IMG/VR virus record: IMGVR_UViG_3300025141_000022
Coordinates: 32,001-96,000 of that record
From: a virus
Direction: 5' to 3' (one strand)
Length of the DNA stretch: 64,000 nucleotides
Below, in pieces: positions 58,198-64,000 of this stretch. The translations under genes and the position numbers were made by a program. Position 1 is the stretch's first letter. Every line of letters begins with the position of its first letter. Below the pieces are notes generated by a model, which made no database searches, was not told the origin of the DNA, and saw only the letters and a program-made list of their open reading frames with translations.

Positions 58198-58719
58198 ATG
58201 TACATTTTGGGACTTGATATAAGTTCCTCCAAGATCGGAATCGCACTCTTAAAAGACGACAACATTGTTATAAGTGAGTCGATTAAGTTTAAGAGCGGAT
58301 TGTCTTTGGAGGAACGTGCAATTAATTTTGAAAAACGCATGCGCGAGATAGATCGTAAGTATGTTGTCTTTTCTACATACGTTGAACAGCCAGCTATGAT
58401 GTTTAAGGGTGGCAAGACCACAGCATTCACAATGGCTACCTTGCAGCGATTTAACGGTATGTGCTCGTACATCGTAAGAAAAGTATTTGATGACGATCCG
58501 ATTCTTATAAATCCCAGATCTGCCAGAGCCAAGCTTGGCATAAAGACGCCCCGAGGACGCCCAAGTAGAGAAGTCAAAAGGTGTATAATTGAACATGTCG
58601 AAAAAAGGTTTGAGGGTCAATTCAAATACAATCTCACGCACAAGGGAAATCCACAACCGGGAACGGATGACCGGGCCGATGCATTAGTGATCGCTTTAGC
58701 TGGCCCTTTACTTAAGTGA
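58198..58719 (+). CDS. RuvC-like Holliday junction resolvase
   Basis: ILGLDISSSKIG, TYVEQP, DDRADALVIA (RNase H-fold acidic residues). Confidence 0.85.
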   Translation: MYILGLDISSSKIGIALLKDDNIVISESIKFKSGLSLEERAINFEKRMREIDRKYVVFSTYVEQPAMMFKGGKTTAFTMATLQRFNGMCSYIVRKVFDDDPILINPRSARAKLGIKTPRGRPSREVKRCIIEHVEKRFEGQFKYNLTHKGNPQPGTDDRADALVIALAGPLLK

Positions 58720-58721
58720 TA

Positions 58722-58730
58722 ACTATTTAT
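58722..58730 (+). promoter_or_regulatory. Putative late-promoter motif ACTATTTAT heading the ENWR-leader cassette
   Basis: Exact copy in the 18-nt gap before ATG 58738. Confidence 0.6.
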
Positions 58731-58737
58731 TAGTACT

Positions 58738-59739
58738 ATGCGATCACACAAGCTTATTTTAGAGAATTGGCGAAAGTTTTTAAAAGAAGTAGACGCGGGC
58801 CCAACGGCTGCGATGCCTGCTCATTTAGATCCTAAAGTAAAGACACAGGCCGACTATGATACCCTGGACCAGATGGGCTATCAAGTTCTTAAGGAGCTTG
58901 GTCGTGGGCTATTTGGTATAGTATACCAAGTGGAAAATAAGCAAAGCGGAAAAAGGTTAGCCGCCAAGGTTGTTAAAGCAGACAATCGAGAGGCAGAAAA
59001 TTACCAGTTCGCCATGGACAACAAAGCCTCCATGCCAGAAGAGTTTGGTAAATACCTACCAGAAGTATATGAGGTGGCCCCCGGCCACGATGGTTATAAT
59101 ATTATCCTCATGGAAGAGTTAGTACCTTTGGATCCCCAAGTTGCTCAAGAATTGTTTGCAGTGGAAACAGATGATGCAAATCAGGAAACTCCCGATTCTA
59201 AGAAACATGAAAAGATCTTCAGAGATCCAGAAGCTCTAGCTGAATTGGTTGGTGAATCTGTATACGCAAACAGAATATTACATCAATTAAATCTTGGTTT
59301 TAAGGAGATGAGAAGGCTTAGAATGGTAGCAAGAAAAGCAGTTACCAAAAAAGTTCACAACGATCTTGACTCCCTTGTGATGACCGTGTATGGTACTATA
59401 GTAAGAGAGATAGATGATCAGAGCGCAGCAATATATAAAGCTTTCGAAAAAGACTTGAAAGAAACTATGTCATATTATCTCAACAAGCAAATTGTACCAG
59501 TCCACCAGCCAGAGCCAGATGAGGAGTATTTGGAAACATGGACCTCTGGAGGTCTTGAAGGGACAAGAGCTTTGTTTCCAGAAGCTAAAGGTTTAGCACG
59601 AGCTATGAAATATTTTATGCAAGATAAGAATTGGCGACCAAAAGACGTGCATTGGAAAAATGTAATGGCAAGACCATCAACTAAAGATATGGTTATTGTT
59701 GATTTAGGATTATTTGAAAAAGGAATATTTGTATTATGA
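58738..59739 (+). CDS. Atypical protein-kinase-like enzyme with ENWR leader, 333 aa
   Basis: LGRGLFGIVY (Gly loop), AAKVVK (Lys), ILMEEL (hinge), DVHWKN (catalytic loop), VIVDLG (DFG equivalent). Confidence 0.85.
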   Translation: MRSHKLILENWRKFLKEVDAGPTAAMPAHLDPKVKTQADYDTLDQMGYQVLKELGRGLFGIVYQVENKQSGKRLAAKVVKADNREAENYQFAMDNKASMPEEFGKYLPEVYEVAPGHDGYNIILMEELVPLDPQVAQELFAVETDDANQETPDSKKHEKIFRDPEALAELVGESVYANRILHQLNLGFKEMRRLRMVARKAVTKKVHNDLDSLVMTVYGTIVREIDDQSAAIYKAFEKDLKETMSYYLNKQIVPVHQPEPDEEYLETWTSGGLEGTRALFPEAKGLARAMKYFMQDKNWRPKDVHWKNVMARPSTKDMVIVDLGLFEKGIFVL

Positions 59740-60350
59740 AAATTATAATTGAAAATTGGAGAAGATATTTAAAAGAAGAGGTTGATCTTCAGGCTGCACA
59801 ACAGCTTATTGATGCGAACCCATATTTAAAAGGTAAATTAATGGCAACACCAGAGAGTATTATTGAAGGAGAGGGTTATGTTCTTGCCGTATCGGAAGAA
59901 TCACTGGGGCATATTAAAGATCGCCATATGGACGCTAGCGCCCCAGGCTCGCTGTTTCTTCCCGAAGTTGATTTAGGAGAGGTGATGAGAAGCTTGTTGT
60001 CTATGCCCCCAAGCGAAGAGTCAGGAGGCAGAGTGAAGTGGTTAGGCGTGGACGCCGGCATGCCAGTTGGAAAAATGGGCGTTAAACTTGGCGATCCAGA
60101 GGAAGTGGCAAAAATGCAAGATTATAAAATGCCCGGCGGAAGAAACGAAATGGTTAAATTAACTTCTGGTGAACGAGAGCCAACAAATGAAATTAGTCTA
60201 ATCACTGCGGAGCTTGGCGATCTGGGTGGTAAGAAATTATTATCTTTGATCACTGCCTTCCCCGGCGGCATAGAGGTTAATGGAAAAGAGATGCCCATGG
60301 ATAGAAACGATTTTGCTGCACAGGGTTTTTACTTTGTTGTATCACAATGA
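59736..60350 (+). CDS. Putative EndoU/toxin-type RNase with ENWR leader, 204 aa
   Basis: SLGHIKDRH..GSLF, VDAG.PVG, PTNEISLIT and LITAFP match the layout of polymorphic-toxin RNase domains. Confidence 0.5.
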   Translation: MKIIIENWRRYLKEEVDLQAAQQLIDANPYLKGKLMATPESIIEGEGYVLAVSEESLGHIKDRHMDASAPGSLFLPEVDLGEVMRSLLSMPPSEESGGRVKWLGVDAGMPVGKMGVKLGDPEEVAKMQDYKMPGGRNEMVKLTSGEREPTNEISLITAELGDLGGKKLLSLITAFPGGIEVNGKEMPMDRNDFAAQGFYFVVSQ

Positions 60351-61138
60351 AACTCCTACTTGAAAATTGGCGACTGTATTTGAACGAGATTACAACCCTT
60401 GATTCTGAACTAAAGCAGGGTTTTGCCGAAGCAATAGAAGATTCGCAATTCTGGACGCTACCCAATGCCGAAGATGATGTTGACATTGGCAACCACCCTG
60501 ACGAGATGGAAACCCCAGCCAGCGAGGCATTGAGAATTGCGCTAAACGAAAAAGCACAAGAGCTTGACACTGATTTATATTTTATTGTAACTGTTTCAAA
60601 TGTACATGTGTTATCTAAAGATGATCCGCATGGAGGGTATCCAAGTAATTGGATGTCGCATGGTATGTATCAGGGCCCTCAATCCGGCCATCATGTGATA
60701 TGGATAGAGCTTCGACCATTGGGAGATGATTATGAAATTTCTGAACTGAATCCTTCTGAATTGATAAAGAAGATCTCAAGAACCATTAACCATGAAATGG
60801 TACATTACAAACAACTAAAAAAGCAAGCTGAATCAAAGGGGATTAGTGAAGAAGACGCATGGCAGCAAATGATAGATGACCCGGCCCAACTACCACAAAC
60901 CAGCGATAGAACAGACTATCTGTCAAGGCATCCAGAAGTTGACGCTTACGCTCATGAAGCCGCCGAAGAATTAATAGATAAATATGGCGGTCGAAGGGCT
61001 CTACAACTAATTAAACAAAGAGACTCTGATGTTGTTGGAGTTTTGGCAGACTACAGAGAAGTTTTCAAAGACGACCGAGAAACAATGAAAAAGTTTTTAA
61101 AAAAGCTGTATTCACAAATTATGAGCAAGGAACAATAG
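60347..61138 (+). CDS. HExxH zinc metalloprotease-like protein with ENWR leader, 263 aa
   Basis: TINHEMVHYKQ and downstream YLSRHPEVDAYAHE (third ligand). Confidence 0.72.
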   Translation: MKLLLENWRLYLNEITTLDSELKQGFAEAIEDSQFWTLPNAEDDVDIGNHPDEMETPASEALRIALNEKAQELDTDLYFIVTVSNVHVLSKDDPHGGYPSNWMSHGMYQGPQSGHHVIWIELRPLGDDYEISELNPSELIKKISRTINHEMVHYKQLKKQAESKGISEEDAWQQMIDDPAQLPQTSDRTDYLSRHPEVDAYAHEAAEELIDKYGGRRALQLIKQRDSDVVGVLADYREVFKDDRETMKKFLKKLYSQIMSKEQ

Positions 61139-61139
61139 A

Positions 61140-61703
61140 ATGAAACACGAATTGATAATGGAAAATTGGCGACAGTTCTTAAATGAAGAAGATGAAGAGC
61201 AGCTTGAAGAAGGCTGGAAAGAAAAAGTAGCCGGCTTAGCAGCAGTCGGGTCCATAGGGCTTGGGGCGCCTAATATGGCACACGCTGGACCTGGAGATAA
61301 TATAAGAGATAAATATCAATCAACTTTGCAAATGGCAAAAGAAAAAGGACAACAAGTTATCGATAAATTACCGGCGCCAATTGATCGCACATCTGGTGCA
61401 GGAGCTGAAGCAGAAAGTGGAACGTCTACTTCTGATGGCTATCAACAAAATGCTGATGGAACTCACGAATTTAGAGTTAAATTGCCTATTGAGAAATATG
61501 AAACACACGGCGGCAAGACTTTTGGCGAGATGAAGGCTCGAAACGGCCTTATGCAGGCGTTGCAGCAGTCGGGGATTGTAACCGGTGATACGATATCCGG
61601 TATATCGCTGTCTTATGATCGAGCTAATGGTCAAGTAGTTGCTAATTGGAGCCCAACATCATCGGCGACGGCTTCTGCTATTTATAAAGCTATGGGCAAC
61701 TGA
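61140..61703 (+). CDS. Hypothetical protein with ENWR leader and an internal signal-peptide-like segment, 187 aa
   Basis: Leader, then LEEGWKEKVAGLAAVGSIGLGAPNMAHA. Confidence 0.7.
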   Translation: MKHELIMENWRQFLNEEDEEQLEEGWKEKVAGLAAVGSIGLGAPNMAHAGPGDNIRDKYQSTLQMAKEKGQQVIDKLPAPIDRTSGAGAEAESGTSTSDGYQQNADGTHEFRVKLPIEKYETHGGKTFGEMKARNGLMQALQQSGIVTGDTISGISLSYDRANGQVVANWSPTSSATASAIYKAMGN

Positions 61704-61711
61704 AAATACTT

Positions 61712-62548
61712 ATGAAGCTCTTAATGGAAAACTGGCGGTATTACTTAACCGAAGAACAACAACTATCGGATGAGTTTTTAGAGTTTCTGTTTTCCGACAG
61801 AATAAGTGCTTTTATGAGCGATTCCACACTAAATGAGGTGGAGAGTTTAGAAACCAAAGCTAAAAGGCTAGCCAAGAAATATGGCGTCCCGTTTGCTATA
61901 GCTATGGGCATACTTACTGGTGCAGCAGGAAGCAAAGTAGTTGGAGACATGCAAAGTCCCGCTAACGACCCAGAAATTGTACAACAGATAGAGAAGCCCT
62001 CTCCGCGCTCCTCATTGCCGCCAGGGTATTCTGATCTGACTAATCTGCAGGCTATGGAAAAAGCATGGGAGACTATTGATGGTAAGCAACATCAAGCCGC
62101 CCCCGTTTCTGGCGGATATCCAACAGCGCAAGGTATGATGCCATTTACATATGTGCCTGCTGTAGAGTTATCTGGTGGCGACATTCTACCTATGTCACTA
62201 ATGACCGCCGATGAGTACAGGGCATTCATACTGGATAAACTAGAGAGTGGAAACCCACAGGAGGTTATTTACCTTAAGAATATGGTTTATGGGGATACCG
62301 CAAAATGGCTTTCAGGAACGGGAGAGTCAGACTTCAGGGTCACTAATGGGCTACCAGTTTTGCCACCAGAGTGGTCGATTGCACATGATGTATTCGCTAG
62401 CGAAGTAGAAGAACGAATAAATAAAGTAGTAGAATATTTGCAGGAAAATCCAGATCATAGAGAAGCCGTTGCTGTGGAGCTTAATCTTGCTAGCGTAGAT
62501 GATTTAGAACCTTTCATAAACAGTCAGTATGCAAAATTGGCTAGATGA
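61712..62548 (+). CDS. Hypothetical protein with ENWR leader and an internal TM-like segment, 278 aa
   Basis: Leader, then KAKRLAKKYGVPFAIAMGILTGAAG. Confidence 0.7.
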   Translation: MKLLMENWRYYLTEEQQLSDEFLEFLFSDRISAFMSDSTLNEVESLETKAKRLAKKYGVPFAIAMGILTGAAGSKVVGDMQSPANDPEIVQQIEKPSPRSSLPPGYSDLTNLQAMEKAWETIDGKQHQAAPVSGGYPTAQGMMPFTYVPAVELSGGDILPMSLMTADEYRAFILDKLESGNPQEVIYLKNMVYGDTAKWLSGTGESDFRVTNGLPVLPPEWSIAHDVFASEVEERINKVVEYLQENPDHREAVAVELNLASVDDLEPFINSQYAKLAR

Positions 62549-62558
62549 TTAAAAACGC

Positions 62559-62587
62559 TTGACGCCATAGATCAACTGTGTTATATT
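62559..62587 (+). promoter_or_regulatory. Sigma70 promoter with extended -10
   Basis: TTGACG (62559-62564), 17 bp, TGn-TATATT (62582-62587), upstream A-tract, GGAGGA RBS before ATG 62604. Confidence 0.8.
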
Positions 62588-62603
62588 ATATGCAGGAGGA
62601 AAT

Positions 62604-62762
62604 ATGAAAACTTTTAGAGCGTTTGTTGCTGGAGTTATTTTCGCATTTGTTATTGCTGGGACCGTTGTGGCGGTATGTGGCACCGAAACAAACTATATTG
62701 ATCAGGTCATGTACGAGGATGAAGAAATAGAAAGACTCATCCTACTTGATGTTTCAGAATAA
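62604..62762 (+). CDS. Small membrane protein absent from the ORF track, 52 aa
   Basis: MKTFRAFVAGVIFAFVIAGTVVAVCGTETNYIDQVMYEDEEIERLILLDVSE; strong RBS and promoter; fills the gap exactly. Confidence 0.78.
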   Translation: MKTFRAFVAGVIFAFVIAGTVVAVCGTETNYIDQVMYEDEEIERLILLDVSE

Positions 62763-62773
62763 GAAGTTATAAT

Positions 62774-63709
62774 ATGACTTCAAAATATAAAATTATTTCA
62801 GATATTCTGGGCGATAGTTATCAGGTCAGCGGTGAGCGCCTGTTTCATTGCCCGTACTGCAAACACCATAAAAGAAAATTATCAATTAATATTGATAAGA
62901 ATGTATACAAATGCTGGATTTGTGATACGAATGGTCGTAATTTAAGACGCATTGTCCGCCGCTTTGGGACGTTTAAGCACCTTCAAGAGTGGGACACTAT
63001 CTCAGGTCGAATTGATATCAACGACTTTGATAATCTGTTTCGTGAAGAAGAGAAATCAACAGAGATAGAGCAGATAATAAAACTACCCGAAGATTTTATA
63101 TCCTTGGCCAACAACGATTTGCCTAAATCATCCAGATGGCCACTGAGGTATCTAAAGCATAGGGGTGTTACCAAGAAAGATGTACTAAAATGGAAGATAG
63201 GCTATTGTGATTCTGGGCCCTATGCGGGTAGAATTATTATACCATCGTTTAATATGGACGGGCATGTAAATTATTATATCGCTAGAACGTATGATAATTC
63301 TTGGCCAAGATACAAAAATCCGCCAGCATCAAGAAATGTTGCATTTAACGAACTCTATATTGATTGGAATAAAGATTTAGTAATTGTAGAGGGTGTTTTT
63401 GATGCTATTATAGCCGGAAACAGTGTGCCTATTTTGGGCTCAACTCTTCGACCAAGTTCTCAACTAGTACGAAAAATTATCTACAATGATACGCCGGTTT
63501 ATTTAGCTCTTGACCAAGATGCCCAGCAAAAAGAAAACAAGATTATCAAAACACTTTTGCAATATGACATCGAGCTTTACAAAATTGATGTGTCTGGTTA
63601 TGAAGATGTCGGAGAGATGAGTAAAGAAGAGTTTTCTAAACGTAAGGAAAATGCGTACTTTATCTCTCAAGAAGACTATTTATTGACAGCGGCTATAAAT
63701 ACTATCTAA
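62774..63709 (+). CDS. DNA primase (zinc finger plus TOPRIM)
   Basis: HCPYCKHH..YKCWIC zinc finger, GRIIIP, VEGVFDAI, ALDQDA. Confidence 0.9.
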   Translation: MTSKYKIISDILGDSYQVSGERLFHCPYCKHHKRKLSINIDKNVYKCWICDTNGRNLRRIVRRFGTFKHLQEWDTISGRIDINDFDNLFREEEKSTEIEQIIKLPEDFISLANNDLPKSSRWPLRYLKHRGVTKKDVLKWKIGYCDSGPYAGRIIIPSFNMDGHVNYYIARTYDNSWPRYKNPPASRNVAFNELYIDWNKDLVIVEGVFDAIIAGNSVPILGSTLRPSSQLVRKIIYNDTPVYLALDQDAQQKENKIIKTLLQYDIELYKIDVSGYEDVGEMSKEEFSKRKENAYFISQEDYLLTAAINTI

Positions 63710-63723
63710 ATGAGGAGCTTTTT

Positions 63724-63912
63724 GTGGACGAAAGAGAACAAAAGATAAGATATGCCATTCAAAAGGCTATCAAAGAAATGAACTCTAAGCCAAGCGAAGA
63801 GTCAGTAGATTTGTTTGAAAAGGTTACTACGCTAATAAAAGAGCAGAAACTCAATCATGAACAACAGGCCGTTTTAATTGGAAAATTACTCGACTGGGAC
63901 TTAAACAAATGA
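63724..63912 (+). CDS. Hypothetical helical protein, 62 aa
   Basis: GTG start after GAGGAG; REQKIRYAIQKAIKE. Confidence 0.6.
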   Translation: MDEREQKIRYAIQKAIKEMNSKPSEESVDLFEKVTTLIKEQKLNHEQQAVLIGKLLDWDLNK

Positions 63913-64000
63913 AGATTGACATGAAAACATTAAGAGAGGTAGTTAAGCAAGAGCTTACAGAGGTGTGTGGAGCAGAAGCCGAAAACGCTCAGCAAGCTGT
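63909..64000 (+). CDS. 5' fragment of a gene running off the window end (MKIDMKTLREVVKQELTEV...)
   Basis: ATGA overlap with the upstream stop; frame open to the window end. Confidence 0.6.
   Translation, partial: MKIDMKTLREVVKQELTEVCGAEAENAQQA

Larger units (their letters stand above)
58738..61753 (+). repeat. Five copies of an N-terminal leader M-K-x(2-5)-ENWR-x-(F/Y)-L-x-E
   Basis: MRSHKLILENWRKFLKE (58738), MKIIIENWRRYLKE (59736), MKLLLENWRLYLNE (60347), MKHELIMENWRQFLNE (61140), MKLLMENWRYYLTE (61712). Confidence 0.93.

Noticed and set aside
61706-61713. ATACTTAT as a promoter for 61712
   Set aside because: It overlaps the start codon, too close to act as a promoter, and does not fit ACTAnTTA.
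44-63174. All minus-strand ORFs in the track (e.g. 8307-8834, 12373-12870, 30876-31310, 51409-51834, 58249-58656)
   Set aside because: They lie wholly antisense to well-supported + strand genes, lack RBS or motifs, and have shadow-frame composition.
1-64000. Stop-codon reassignment, as seen in some jumbo phages
   Set aside because: Genes up to 11 kb are open in code 11, and TAA, TAG and TGA all end genes at tight junctions.
1-64000. Rho-independent terminators
   Set aside because: No convincing GC hairpin plus U-tract found by eye in the short intergenic gaps.

Overview
This is a gene-dense 64 kb segment of a large, probably jumbo, tailed dsDNA bacteriophage with a T4-like contractile-tail baseplate. 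Every credible gene is on the + strand and reads in the standard bacterial code. In order: two virion accessory genes and an amidase endolysin; a sigma70-promoter operon (DenV-like glycosylase, SpoU/TrmH methylase, tRNA-Thr UGU); PIN-PhoH; a zincin and a Cas4-like nuclease; a ~12.5 kb glycan cassette (six glycosyltransferase-like genes, a sulfotransferase, an amino-sugar pathway with a probable N-methyltransferase, DUF962, YkgJ); a gp55-like late sigma factor; a ~35 kb baseplate/tail module with 2462-aa and 3718-aa proteins; a RuvC-like resolvase; five consecutive genes sharing one N-terminal leader; and a primase. The strongest candidate for an undescribed system is the five-gene cassette at 58738-62548. 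Its otherwise unrelated proteins (atypical kinase, EndoU-like RNase, HExxH protease, two membrane-targeted proteins) all begin M-K-x(2-5)-ENWR-x-(F/Y)-L-x-E and lie behind a late-type promoter motif. This suggests a capsid-targeting leader that loads an effector payload into the virion. Two promoter classes are readable: host sigma70 consensus and a recurring ACTA(T/A/G)TTA motif. All family calls come from motif recognition by eye; no database search was run and the host cannot be assigned.
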